Positions 15,769 to 25,770 of a DNA stretch of 64,000 nt are shown one piece after another. The notes under the pieces were generated by a model. That model saw only the letters and a program-made list of their open reading frames with translations, was not told where the DNA came from and ran no database searches. The stretch is from an uncultured virus (IMG/VR IMGVR_UViG_3300032322_002907). Its lineage: Duplodnaviria; Heunggongvirae; Uroviricota; Caudoviricetes. Position 1 is the first letter of the stretch. Each line of letters begins with the position of its first letter. Position numbers and translations under genes: made by a program. The DNA lies in the IMG/VR virus record IMGVR_UViG_3300032322_002907; one strand, given 5' to 3'.

Positions 15769-16719
15769 TCACCAAATAAAATTTTTTTTGTACCATTTAA
15801 CAATATTATGTAACTCTCTGTCAAAGGATGCTTGAGGTCGCCACCCCAATGACTTAAGTTTTGAATCATCTATAGCGTACCTTACATCTTGTCCGGGACG
15901 CTTTTCAGAAAAGTCAAGGTATTTGTTATAATCCTTAACTCTAACTTTAAAGAATGTATCGATAATTTTCTTAGCAACTACAATATTTTTTTCCTCAAAG
16001 TTTCCAGAAATATTGTAGATTTCGTTCTTAACACCCTTCTCGATTATCGTGATAATTGCATTTGCCGTGTCTGATACATGTAACCATGTTCTCCTTGGTT
16101 CTCCCATATCATGTAACAATATGGGTCTACCAAGAACTAAATTTTTACATGATCTTGGAATAAGTTTTTCAATATATTGACCTTCACCGTAATTATTAGT
16201 AGGTCTGACAATCACAAACGGAACTTGATATGTTCTTGCCCATGCCAAAATTAACATATCAGCAGCAGCTTTTGTAGCTGAATATGGGTTGCTTGGTACA
16301 AGCAAATCTGTTTCTTTATGAAACCCTGTTTCTATATCTCCATACACTTCATCCGTACTAAAATGAAGCAATGTGGGTCTCCTATATGGTGTTTTATCTT
16401 TAATCATCTCTAGTAGATGATGAACACCCTTTATGTTACTATTTAAAAAAACATCTGAACTGACTATACTGTTATCAACATGTGTCTCAGCAGCAGTGTT
16501 GATAACATAATCACAATCGTAAAGTTTTTCCAAATCATTTATGTCTTTTTTCTCAAAGACAAAATTTTTATGCTTGTTAAGGTCATCAAGAAAGGGCAAA
16601 TGTGCAGCATAAGTGCATGTATCAATGCCCCTCACTCGCCAGCCCTTTTCAAGACATTGCTTGGTAATGTGATACCCAATAAATCCCAAGCATCCCGTTA
16701 CATAAATTACTTTAGTCAT
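15769..16719 (-). CDS. rmlB: dTDP-glucose 4,6-dehydratase-like
   Basis: VTGCLGFIG, AAETHVDNS, STDEVYG, YSATK, RPGQDVRY. Confidence 0.9.
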   Translation of the reverse strand: MTKVIYVTGCLGFIGYHITKQCLEKGWRVRGIDTCTYAAHLPFLDDLNKHKNFVFEKKDINDLEKLYDCDYVINTAAETHVDNSIVSSDVFLNSNIKGVHHLLEMIKDKTPYRRPTLLHFSTDEVYGDIETGFHKETDLLVPSNPYSATKAAADMLILAWARTYQVPFVIVRPTNNYGEGQYIEKLIPRSCKNLVLGRPILLHDMGEPRRTWLHVSDTANAIITIIEKGVKNEIYNISGNFEEKNIVVAKKIIDTFFKVRVKDYNKYLDFSEKRPGQDVRYAIDDSKLKSLGWRPQASFDRELHNIVKWYKKNFIW

Positions 16720-17789
16720 AAAATTCCCATTTTCGATAATTGTAACATACACAGCACATTACATATATAGTCAACTTCTTTTAAAGTTAGTTCAGGATAC
16801 AAAGGCAAACATAATACTTTAGATGATATTTGCTCAGATATGGGACAGGCAGAACCTAAAGAAGGATAGAAATATCTCCTCGTTGTAATACCTTTGCCTG
16901 CTAAATATTCTTTAACTTCTTTCGGATTATTCACAAGTATAGGAAAATATGAATAATTAATCGAAACGCCTCGCCCCTCCAAATCATGAATCTTTACAAC
17001 ATGATTCAATTTTTGTTTGTATCTTTTATAGATAGCTTTTCTTTTATTAATATTATCATGTAATATATCTAAAGATGCAAGACCAAAAGCTGCTTGCAGT
17101 TCGGACATCTTTCCGTTCAATCCTCCGGGCATTTCAATAATCTCACCTTTCAATCCAAACCCACGTAAACAGTCTATCTTCGCTTTATTCTCTGCTGTTT
17201 TAGAAATTATGACTCCACCTTCCCCAGTGCCTAAAACTTTAGTTGCATGAAGGCTGATAACATTATAGTCACCCAAATCTAAAAAACTTGAATAAGGTGA
17301 TTCATAGTAGACTCCAAAGCTATGCGAGGCATCATAAATCACACTTAAGTTATATTTTTTGGCGATAATTTGAATTGCAGGATCACATGGCAACCCGTAA
17401 ACATGTACAGGCAATATTCCCACAGTGTTTTCATCGATAGCCGTTTCAATTAAGTTAGGATTAATATTAAACGTCGTAGGATCAATGTCTACAAACTTTG
17501 TTTCAAACCCTGCCCAGGTAATTGCATTCGTGGTTGCTACATATGTGAAGGGGGTTGTGATAATGTTCTTTCCCTTCGGGTCTCCTAATGCACGTAAAGC
17601 AAGCATTAATCCTATGGTGCCATTATTAACTAGAGAAGTGTGGTCAACGTCAAGAACATCGCACAGCTTTGCTTCAAGTTCATTTACAAGTTCGCCCCCA
17701 TTGGTAACGATTCCGTTATCCCAAACCCGTTTTAGGAGATCGATATATCTATCTAAAGAGGGGAGTCTTGTTTTAGTAATGGGAATCAT
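16716..17789 (-). CDS. DegT/DnrJ PLP sugar aminotransferase (VioA-like)
   Basis: NGTIGL, IYDASHSFG, SLHATK (catalytic Lys present), NGKMSE, RRYFYP. Confidence 0.85.
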   Translation of the reverse strand: MIPITKTRLPSLDRYIDLLKRVWDNGIVTNGGELVNELEAKLCDVLDVDHTSLVNNGTIGLMLALRALGDPKGKNIITTPFTYVATTNAITWAGFETKFVDIDPTTFNINPNLIETAIDENTVGILPVHVYGLPCDPAIQIIAKKYNLSVIYDASHSFGVYYESPYSSFLDLGDYNVISLHATKVLGTGEGGVIISKTAENKAKIDCLRGFGLKGEIIEMPGGLNGKMSELQAAFGLASLDILHDNINKRKAIYKRYKQKLNHVVKIHDLEGRGVSINYSYFPILVNNPKEVKEYLAGKGITTRRYFYPSLGSACPISEQISSKVLCLPLYPELTLKEVDYICNVLCMLQLSKMGIL

Positions 17790-17792
17790 ATT

Positions 17793-18704
17793 TTACCAAT
17801 ATGCAAAGTTTGTTTCAAAGTGAAATTTATGTCTTTTATTTGGTTTATCAATTTCCATCGGTCTAATCCAATTCTCATTGAATAACGACCTCCAGTTTTT
17901 GTAACCCTCAACAGAATCCCACCGACCACCTAAGACACCAAAATACAATTGCAATACACCGCCGATCTGTAAACCAATTTTTCCAATTTGTTTTGCATAA
18001 TCAACGTAAAATGGCGATGAAACAGATGATGCAACCATCAAAACATCAAAGTCATATTGGTCAATCTGACGCTTAATGGCTTCAATTGTATCATACCAAG
18101 TAGGACAATTGGGGAATTGTCTGTCATCATAAACCGGGTGATACGGCGTTCGAATAACATCAACTAATTTAAAGGGTGCGATAGTATCTCGATTGTCACC
18201 CCAAATTGCATCAATGTTTTTCCATTGTGATTTGATTGACTCAACGTGAGTTGAAACGACCAATACTCGTTTGTCTTTCAAGTATTTTGTCCATGGATCA
18301 TCTAACTTTTTAAAATCAGAAACACCTAAAATCGCACCAGGATCTAAAACTTCAAATTGCCTACCTGAAAATATTTTTTTGTGTGAATATCTTTCCATGT
18401 AAATTGATTGTGGAATCTTACTGTTCCAATTGCTTACATCAACCAATCCGAGTAAATCACAATTATTGATAGTTGATATAATTTTTGGCAAAGTGTCTTT
18501 TATAACAAACTCTGTATTAAAGGGAAAGATACCCCCCTCAATTTGAACTAAGTCATTATAATATTGTGTTGAAGGAATCTCACCTCGTAATACACAACCT
18601 ATGGCATACGTAGTTGTATTACACAACCTTAAGACGCTTGCAGGTTCTCTGGCAAGCAATATTTGTTTTAATTGTTCATTTACGTCGTAAAAATCTAAAA
18701 TCAC
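17793..18704 (-). CDS. hypothetical protein, possible glycosyltransferase
   Basis: 303-aa ORF in glycan island; LKDKRVLVVS...IGGVLQLYFG. Confidence 0.5.
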   Translation of the reverse strand: MILDFYDVNEQLKQILLAREPASVLRLCNTTTYAIGCVLRGEIPSTQYYNDLVQIEGGIFPFNTEFVIKDTLPKIISTINNCDLLGLVDVSNWNSKIPQSIYMERYSHKKIFSGRQFEVLDPGAILGVSDFKKLDDPWTKYLKDKRVLVVSTHVESIKSQWKNIDAIWGDNRDTIAPFKLVDVIRTPYHPVYDDRQFPNCPTWYDTIEAIKRQIDQYDFDVLMVASSVSSPFYVDYAKQIGKIGLQIGGVLQLYFGVLGGRWDSVEGYKNWRSLFNENWIRPMEIDKPNKRHKFHFETNFAYW

Positions 18705-19417
18705 TTTTGCTCTCCAGAAAACAATTGAAGTATTTGTTGTCTATCGTTTTTAATCCAATGAAACATCATTTTTAATTCATTCGGTAAACTATTAAACAAC
18801 TGAGCCATTTCTATTTCAGCTTGTTGTTTATTATAATTGGTTCCAGGAGGATGATCAATGGTATGGAAATAATCTCGTATGACAGGACGCCTCATTAGAT
18901 AACTAATTCCTGGGAATATAATGTCCCAACCCCATCCCATTTTATAAGGAGACATATCAATCTTTGTCTGCTTAAAAATATCCAGAATATCTTTATGAAT
19001 AAACCAGCACGTGCAATCTGGACATGCAACCAATTTCATAGATTTGTCTCTAAGCTGAACACCCTGTATATCTGTTCGTGAGGAATCATACCACGTATAG
19101 TCAACGTTTGGTGCGTAGATTCCCCACTTGTAAGTTTCATAAGAGCTTTCAGCATCCTTCAAAAGGTTTTGCCAGTCGCTGTAAGAAGCATCACCTTGAA
19201 TGTGAAAAAGAACATCTGCATCAAAAAGTTCTAGAGCCTTTATAAATTGATCTGTGAAGTATGCACTCTCCCCTACATTTACCCACCCCTCATCATTGTG
19301 CTCTTCATCTGAATTTATGATTACAGGATCATAGCCGATTGCAGACAATTGCGAAATCTTTTCTTTCGTCTTTTCATACTGTCCTCGCCAGTTGAAAATA
19401 AAAATTTGTATTTTCAT
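18701..19417 (-). CDS. putative glycosyltransferase
   Basis: GT-A-like layout (IFIFNW...IQGD...GWGWD); context. Confidence 0.5.
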   Translation of the reverse strand: MKIQIFIFNWRGQYEKTKEKISQLSAIGYDPVIINSDEEHNDEGWVNVGESAYFTDQFIKALELFDADVLFHIQGDASYSDWQNLLKDAESSYETYKWGIYAPNVDYTWYDSSRTDIQGVQLRDKSMKLVACPDCTCWFIHKDILDIFKQTKIDMSPYKMGWGWDIIFPGISYLMRRPVIRDYFHTIDHPPGTNYNKQQAEIEMAQLFNSLPNELKMMFHWIKNDRQQILQLFSGEQK

Positions 19418-19419
19418 TT

Positions 19420-20034
19420 TTATTTTTTACCTCGAGGTGCAGCAGGATCACCGTACAATGTATCTGCAACCTCTATACTTTTTCTTGCAACTGCACCCGC
19501 AGACAATTTTGTGCCTGTGGGAAAGACAACCTTAGGCACAGCAATCGCACTTGTGCCAAAGAAACATCGTGACCCGATTCGGCAATATCCCATAGTTCCT
19601 GCATAGGGGCTAAAGGTGCAGTAATCACCAATTATGTTGTCATGAGTAACAGAACATGAGAGGTTCAACGTAACGAAGTCACCTAATACACAATCACCCG
19701 CTACAGTAGAATGTGGGCAAATAACACACCCCTTTCCGATTTTAGAAAATTTAGAAACATGGCAACTGCTATGAATGAATGTACCCCATCGATCTTCGTT
19801 CTTTTCGACAATTTGTACTTTGTACTTAATTTCACCAACAGCTAGGATAAACTGTGCATCAGGAAACTCACCGGGCTGAATAGATTTCAGCACAGGAAAC
19901 GCTTGATTATACTCGTCATTATTAAATGAATCATCTGAAACTACAGCGACAATTTCATGGCCATCATCTAAAATGTATGAAATTACTTCCTTCGCAAACC
20001 CCCCAGCACCAAAAACAACATATTTCATAATCAC
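19420..20034 (-). CDS. hexapeptide-repeat sugar acetyltransferase (NeuD/PglD/VioB-like)
   Basis: GAGGFAKE N-terminus, left-handed beta-helix repeats, THD, GDPA. Confidence 0.88.
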   Translation of the reverse strand: MIMKYVVFGAGGFAKEVISYILDDGHEIVAVVSDDSFNNDEYNQAFPVLKSIQPGEFPDAQFILAVGEIKYKVQIVEKNEDRWGTFIHSSCHVSKFSKIGKGCVICPHSTVAGDCVLGDFVTLNLSCSVTHDNIIGDYCTFSPYAGTMGYCRIGSRCFFGTSAIAVPKVVFPTGTKLSAGAVARKSIEVADTLYGDPAAPRGKK

Positions 20035-20037
20035 CCC

Positions 20038-20934
20038 TTAAAAGTAAATAATTTCGTCTTCACGTTTCTTTATTTGACGAAAAACAATTGCATCAAACCA
20101 ATTTAGAAAGTTATCAAGATTTACATAGTATGGGGGAATGTTATGTACAAATTTTGGCTGTGAAAGGTGACTATTGTAAAGATCATCATTCTCATCAAGC
20201 TTTTGAATATGTTCAATTGCTTTATTGAAGTTAGGGAAGCGATGCATATTTACAAATGAATAACTATTAAAATCCGCTGCAATTGTAGGACTTCCCCAAT
20301 AGATTGGAATAGTTTGTGCATAAAATGCATGAAGTATTTTTTCCGTTACATATCCCGGATGTGAATAACTTTCAAAACAAATATTAAATTTTCTTGTTGA
20401 AAGGAAATCGATCTTACCTGTTTCACCCTCAAGGTTAGCTGAAATATTATTAAATAATTTTCCTCCACTGTCTACTTGTTTGTATTGTGATAGCGCGTGA
20501 AAGAAATCATTCCTCATTTTACAATTGGGATTGCTTACAACAAAACTTGCAAATGCCGTTTTTTCTTTTACAATACTGGTATTAAAAATGTATTCATAAT
20601 TGTAATTTGTCTTATGAATATGTTCTAGTGCCCACATGTAAACAACAAACAAAGGCAATCGATAATGCCATGCATGTAAGTTGTGATCAAAGGAAATCGC
20701 ATAATCACAATCATACTTTTCAGGACGCTTGTTCTCGCCCGTATAAAAAATCTTAACTACGTCTTTACGAGAAAACTTTCTGTTCTCATGCCCAAAATTA
20801 TCATCACCAAAAATGAGATAATCAGGATTATTATGATCAATCTCAATATCATACCTTCTCAACAAAACATTATAAAAGAAGGTTGCGATATGTTCATGCG
20901 TATCGGCGAATCCCAGTTTTAGTTTTGGTTTCAT
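20038..20934 (-). CDS. GT10 alpha-1,3-fucosyltransferase-like
   Basis: IFYTGEN, FVVSN, KFNICFE...GYVTEK...IPIYWG. Confidence 0.88.
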   Translation of the reverse strand: MKPKLKLGFADTHEHIATFFYNVLLRRYDIEIDHNNPDYLIFGDDNFGHENRKFSRKDVVKIFYTGENKRPEKYDCDYAISFDHNLHAWHYRLPLFVVYMWALEHIHKTNYNYEYIFNTSIVKEKTAFASFVVSNPNCKMRNDFFHALSQYKQVDSGGKLFNNISANLEGETGKIDFLSTRKFNICFESYSHPGYVTEKILHAFYAQTIPIYWGSPTIAADFNSYSFVNMHRFPNFNKAIEHIQKLDENDDLYNSHLSQPKFVHNIPPYYVNLDNFLNWFDAIVFRQIKKREDEIIYF

Positions 20935-20987
20935 TAATCACCTATTCAAATACGTTAAAATTAAGTCGTCATCAAAAACAATGAAAG

Positions 20988-21335
20988 TCACTCGACTCCC
21001 TTATACAGTTTCACTGAATCCTCAGCTAGTGACTTGCCTCTTATGATTGCATCATCAACCATACGATTTATTGCTTGAACAAACTTGGGTCTTTTTTGTT
21101 TGAAACAAATATCAACCTTTCGTTTAATGTCTGCCAGTTCCTCATCACTTGTGGCTGATTGTGCTGCATCTTCAAGCATCCATGTACGGATATGGAGGAT
21201 TACAAGTTTTTCAATCACCTCGCCGAGATTGTCTGTGGGCACATATTCTTCAATTTCAGGCATTTGTCTTTTCATTAGAACATCTTCAACTGTTCGAATT
21301 ACAATGCCTTCCAATTCTTCAGCAAATATCGTCAT
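20988..21335 (-). CDS. hypothetical protein (DUF4254-like)
   Basis: GEVIEKL.ILHIRTWMLED; GGAGG RBS. Confidence 0.55.
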   Translation of the reverse strand: MTIFAEELEGIVIRTVEDVLMKRQMPEIEEYVPTDNLGEVIEKLVILHIRTWMLEDAAQSATSDEELADIKRKVDICFKQKRPKFVQAINRMVDDAIIRGKSLAEDSVKLYKGVE

Positions 21336-22497
21336 ATACATCCTCCAACGCTTGCTCAAGAGTGTCCATGTGCTTTGTACCTACAAAGTGATTGTTTCCA
21401 ATATACACACCGTGTGAATGTAAAATTTCTGCGTTTGTTTTATTTTTGTTTGTTTCAATCTTGTATCCCCTGTTAACCAAAAAGGGTTGAGTAAGAAGAT
21501 TGCCGCTCACAATCGGGCGATACTCAATATTATAATGATTAAAACACTCTTTCATGATTCTTGCAATTTTTTCACTTTTGCATACGAAAGGAAAGCAAAA
21601 ACTGCTATTACCATCTTCATACGCATGAGGATAAAAAAGTGTAGGATATTGATTAATGATTCTAACATATTGTTCGTAGTTATGTCTACGCTGTTCAATC
21701 ATCGAATCTAATCTTTTAAGTTGTGACGATCCAAGAACTGCACAAATTTCATGGTTTCTAAAATTGTAACCATCTGTCATAAACAAAAAAGATGGTTCAA
21801 TGTGTGAATATTTCTCGGCGTATTCTTTTTGTTTTGTCGATTCTCGAGCCATTCCATGACTGCGCTTCATACGCATCAAATCATATAGATCAGTATTGTT
21901 AGTTGATACCATACCCCCCTCGATGGTAGACATATGATGCCCAAAATAAAAACTAAAAGTCGATCCTAAACTCTTTGAACCATACTTATCACCTTCAACA
22001 TCTTTACATCCATGCGATTCACAAATGTCATCGATAATAAGAGCATTAGGGAATAGTTTTTGTAGCTTATGATTGTCCGCAGGAAATCCCAATAAGTGTG
22101 TTACAAAAATTACTTTAATGTCTTTATGCTTTTTAGCAATTTGTTTTGCATCATCAAGATCAAAACTATAATTTTGTAAGTTAATGTCGCAAAAGATTGG
22201 CTGTAGTCCCAATTGAAAAACGGGAGAAACATTTGTAACCCAGGTACATGCAGGAACAAGAACTTTGTCGCCATCCTTCAAATTATACAATTCTTTTACA
22301 GCAGAAAGTAAAAGGGTGTTCGCTGTGCTTCCACTACTTACAAACAGCGAATGCTTTACACCTAACCAGTTACTCCATTCTTGTTCAAATTTCTTGACCT
22401 TTTCGCCATACGTAAATCTTTTGGTGCTCATTACAAATGCAGCCATCTTAAATCTATCACCCCAGGTAATAGTTTCACCCATCAAAGGCCATTTCAT
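21319..22497 (-). CDS. PLP enzyme, GDP-4-keto-6-deoxymannose 3-dehydratase (ColD)-like
   Basis: SGSTAN, DICES, SFYFGHHMSTIEGG with His at the usual catalytic-Lys position, GYNFR. Confidence 0.8.
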   Translation of the reverse strand: MKWPLMGETITWGDRFKMAAFVMSTKRFTYGEKVKKFEQEWSNWLGVKHSLFVSSGSTANTLLLSAVKELYNLKDGDKVLVPACTWVTNVSPVFQLGLQPIFCDINLQNYSFDLDDAKQIAKKHKDIKVIFVTHLLGFPADNHKLQKLFPNALIIDDICESHGCKDVEGDKYGSKSLGSTFSFYFGHHMSTIEGGMVSTNNTDLYDLMRMKRSHGMARESTKQKEYAEKYSHIEPSFLFMTDGYNFRNHEICAVLGSSQLKRLDSMIEQRRHNYEQYVRIINQYPTLFYPHAYEDGNSSFCFPFVCKSEKIARIMKECFNHYNIEYRPIVSGNLLTQPFLVNRGYKIETNKNKTNAEILHSHGVYIGNNHFVGTKHMDTLEQALEDVYDDIC

Positions 22498-23429
22498 AGG
22501 AATCTCCCTCGATTTTCTTTAAACCATCCTATCGTTCTTGCAAGCCCTTCATCAAACGACACTTTAGGTTTCCATCCAAGATCGAATAGTTTTGTATTGT
22601 CTAGTTTTCTTCTTGGAGTGCCATTAGGTTTATCTGTGTTCCAGAAAATTTCGCCTTCAAATCCCACTTCACGTTTAATAATCTCTGATAGTTCTTTGAT
22701 TGTAATTTCTACATCACTACCCACATTAATATGTTCAGGTGAATTGAATTCGTTCATCAAAAATACACAGGCATCAGCAAGATCATCAACGTAAAGGAAC
22801 TCACGTGTTGGGGAACCATCACCCCATGCCTCAACTGCGCTTTTACCTTCAAGTTTGGCATTGTAAAATTTATTGATTAGGCCTGGTATAACGTGACACT
22901 TATCAGGAAAGAAATTATCATTAGGTCCATACAAATTTGCAGGCATCAAACTAATAGTGTTTAACCCATATTGTTGAGTGTAGTACTTAGCCATTGTCAA
23001 TCCTGCAATCTTCGCGAGCGCGTATGCATCATTAGTTGGTTCTAGCTTCGCAGATAGCAGATACTCTTCTTTGATGGGTTGTGGTGTGACCTTAGGATAA
23101 ATGCACGCCGAACCCAAAAACAATAATTTCTTTACACCGGTTTTATACGAAGCGTCAATCACATTTGATTGAATCATTAAATTGTCATACGCAAAATCTG
23201 CTGGGTGAGTAGCATTAAAACTTATACCACCAACCTTTGCTGCAGCGAGAAAAACATATTCAGGTCGATACGTTCGAAAAAAATATTTTACAGCTTCTTG
23301 GTCGCGCAAATCTAAAGAACTCTTGGGTCGAACAATAATATCCTTATAACCATTTTCAGTTAGTTTTTTTACAAGAGCAGTCCCTACCAACCCATTTCCT
23401 GCTACGTATATTCTGCTATTCTTATCCAT
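22494..23429 (-). CDS. fcl: GDP-L-fucose synthase / ColC-like epimerase-reductase
   Basis: [31 protein letters not shown]. Confidence 0.93.
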   Translation of the reverse strand: MDKNSRIYVAGNGLVGTALVKKLTENGYKDIIVRPKSSLDLRDQEAVKYFFRTYRPEYVFLAAAKVGGISFNATHPADFAYDNLMIQSNVIDASYKTGVKKLLFLGSACIYPKVTPQPIKEEYLLSAKLEPTNDAYALAKIAGLTMAKYYTQQYGLNTISLMPANLYGPNDNFFPDKCHVIPGLINKFYNAKLEGKSAVEAWGDGSPTREFLYVDDLADACVFLMNEFNSPEHINVGSDVEITIKELSEIIKREVGFEGEIFWNTDKPNGTPRRKLDNTKLFDLGWKPKVSFDEGLARTIGWFKENRGRFL

Positions 23430-24426
23430 GAATGCACATCTCCTCTACCAAATCATTAAAACTATATTCAGGTTTCCAACCTAACACAGTTCTTGCCTTA
23501 GTAGAATCCCCCAACAATGTTTCTACTTCAGCGGGCCTAAAATACTTTGGATCAACGTCTACAATAGTTTTTCCTGTATTCGTATCGACACCAACCTCAT
23601 CAAGACCTTCACCATACCATTCAATGTTCATATCAAAGTATGGAGCACATCGTTCAACAAATTGCTTTACTGAATATTGTTCACCCGTCGCAATCACAAA
23701 ATCTTCTGCAGTATGATGTTGTAGAATCATCCACATTGCTCGACTGTAATCCTTTGCATGTCCCCAATCACGAAGAGCATTTAGATTGCCCAAGGTTACT
23801 TTTTGTTGTTTTCCTCTACGAACATTTCGCAACCCATCAACAATCTTCTTCGTTACGAAGTTATGACCGCGCCGAGGACTCTCATGGTTAAACAGAATGC
23901 CTGAACATGCAAACATGTTGTATGCCTCACGATAATTCTTTACAATCCAGAACCCATACAATTTTGCAACGCCATAAGGGCTTCTTGGATAGAAGGGTGT
24001 GCGCTCAGTTTGCGGAGACTCTTGTACAAGGCCATAGAGCTCTGACGTAGATGCCTGGTAAATCCTTACATCCTTTTCCATGCCCAATAGGCGAACTGCC
24101 TCAAGAACTTTCAACGTGCCCAAGCCATCAACCATTGCTGTGTACTCAGGTGTCTCAAAGGAAACCTTTACGTGACTCTGTGCAGCCAGATTGTAAATTT
24201 CTTGTGGTTGTACTTTTTTGATGACTCCCATGATTGTCAGAGAATCAGTAACATCACCATAGTGCAGCTTTAGTTTTGGATTGCTATATAGATGATCAAT
24301 CCTACCAGTATTGATAGATGAACTTCTGCGAATAATGCCGTGAACATTATAACCTTTTTCAAGCAATATTTCGGCTAGGTAGGAACCATCTTGACCCGTG
24401 ATTCCTGTGATTAGAGCGGTTTTCAT
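23422..24426 (-). CDS. gmd: GDP-mannose 4,6-dehydratase
   Basis: [32 protein letters not shown]. Confidence 0.97.
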   Translation of the reverse strand: MKTALITGITGQDGSYLAEILLEKGYNVHGIIRRSSSINTGRIDHLYSNPKLKLHYGDVTDSLTIMGVIKKVQPQEIYNLAAQSHVKVSFETPEYTAMVDGLGTLKVLEAVRLLGMEKDVRIYQASTSELYGLVQESPQTERTPFYPRSPYGVAKLYGFWIVKNYREAYNMFACSGILFNHESPRRGHNFVTKKIVDGLRNVRRGKQQKVTLGNLNALRDWGHAKDYSRAMWMILQHHTAEDFVIATGEQYSVKQFVERCAPYFDMNIEWYGEGLDEVGVDTNTGKTIVDVDPKYFRPAEVETLLGDSTKARTVLGWKPEYSFNDLVEEMCIHG

Positions 24427-24453
24427 AACAAGTCACCTGTAATATCGATACTG

Positions 24454-24461
24454 TATTTATA
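24454..24461 (-). promoter_or_regulatory. T4-type late promoter of glycan island
   Basis: TATAAATA between a terminator and gmd. Confidence 0.75.
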
Positions 24462-24465
24462 ATAC

Positions 24466-24493
24466 AAAAAAGGCGCCAGTTCAATGGCGCCTT
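24466..24493 (-). terminator. intrinsic terminator after MoxR ATPase
   Basis: AAGGCGCCA-ttgaac-TGGCGCCTT followed by T-run. Confidence 0.85.
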
Positions 24494-24511
24494 GAAGAAA
24501 AGAAAACTTAT

Positions 24512-25702
24512 TTAGGCAGAAACTTGTTCCTCAGTAGTTTCTGGAGTAGACGCGGCTTGTTCAGCCGCTTTTACGTCCACTTTGCTATACAGATCAAGGA
24601 ACGCAGCTTTAGTTTCTGCATCAAAACGGTTGGTGCAAAGCTGGATTGCTTTGAGACGATTCTTGAACATGCCGTAGGCGCGAACGATATGCACCAGGCG
24701 GCGAGTCGAGACAAGTTCATCAATGCCACCCTCGAGGTAAGTTTTACGAATAATCTCACCCCAGGACACCAGCTTGTCAGCAAAATCTTCATCAACCTCG
24801 CCGACAACTGCCATGTTATTCAGAATAATCTTACGCTCAACAGACGCAGTAGGATATTCTTGCTCATGAGTAATCGGGAAGCGCTCGAGGAAGGCCTCAT
24901 CAAGAATCTGGGCAGCGATAAACTTGCCATCATCTGTACCACGACCTTTAGTGTTGGCAGTGGCGATGATGTTGAACCCAGGTTGTCCGTGAATCAGCTC
25001 ACCGGTTTTCTTGTTGAAGTACGGCTTACCTTCAAGAATCGCTTGCAAGCACATAAGTTTGTTTGAGCCGCGGTCAATCTCATCAAGAATGACAATTGCA
25101 CCGCGCTTCATCGCTAGAAGGATAGGACCTTCGCGATAAACCACGTTACCGTCAATCAGTGTATTCGACCCAATGAGATCGTCCTCATCAGTTTCAATAC
25201 TGATATTGACTCGAATGCACTCACGTTTCAGTTTAGCACAAACCTGCTCAACCATAAACGTCTTACCGTTACCAGACAGGCCTGTGATAAACACCGGGTA
25301 AAATTGATTGCTTGAGACAATCGCCTCGAGGTCCTTGAAGAACCCAAAGGGGACATAAGTGCGATCTTTCTCAGGCACCAAGTTATCAGAAATGTCAGTG
25401 ACTAGGCGCTTCATTTTAACCGTGGTAATTGGCGTCACGGTGGCAGCAAGCGCAGGTTCAGCAACAGGTTCCTGCTTGGTAACAACAGGTTTCGGAGCAG
25501 AAACAGCAGAAGGAGACAAGCTGTACAACCCACGACCTGCTTTGTATTGAGCCCCGTCAAGAAGAAACCAGGGGGTCGGGAGCTGATTGTCAGCACAATA
25601 CTGAGTGATCTCACCGCGAGTCACCGAAGTGCCATAAGCAGCGATAAGAGACTCGATAAGTTGAGCGCGAAGCTCAGTGGTGTAAGAAGTAGAACGGGCC
25701 AT
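24512..25702 (-). CDS. MoxR/CobS-like AAA+ ATPase
   Basis: GLSGNGKT, ILDEIDR, ATANTKGRG, LDEAFLERF, STRRL. Confidence 0.9.
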   Translation of the reverse strand: MARSTSYTTELRAQLIESLIAAYGTSVTRGEITQYCADNQLPTPWFLLDGAQYKAGRGLYSLSPSAVSAPKPVVTKQEPVAEPALAATVTPITTVKMKRLVTDISDNLVPEKDRTYVPFGFFKDLEAIVSSNQFYPVFITGLSGNGKTFMVEQVCAKLKRECIRVNISIETDEDDLIGSNTLIDGNVVYREGPILLAMKRGAIVILDEIDRGSNKLMCLQAILEGKPYFNKKTGELIHGQPGFNIIATANTKGRGTDDGKFIAAQILDEAFLERFPITHEQEYPTASVERKIILNNMAVVGEVDEDFADKLVSWGEIIRKTYLEGGIDELVSTRRLVHIVRAYGMFKNRLKAIQLCTNRFDAETKAAFLDLYSKVDVKAAEQAASTPETTEEQVSA

Positions 25703-25734
25703 GCAAGTCACTCCTGAAAAATCATCATGTTTAA

Positions 25735-25763
25735 ATTATATAAAAAACCCAGATTCTTGTCAA
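25735..25763 (-). promoter_or_regulatory. consensus sigma70 promoter
   Basis: TTGACA-17nt-TATAAT. Confidence 0.88.
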
Positions 25764-25770
25764 GAAGTTT

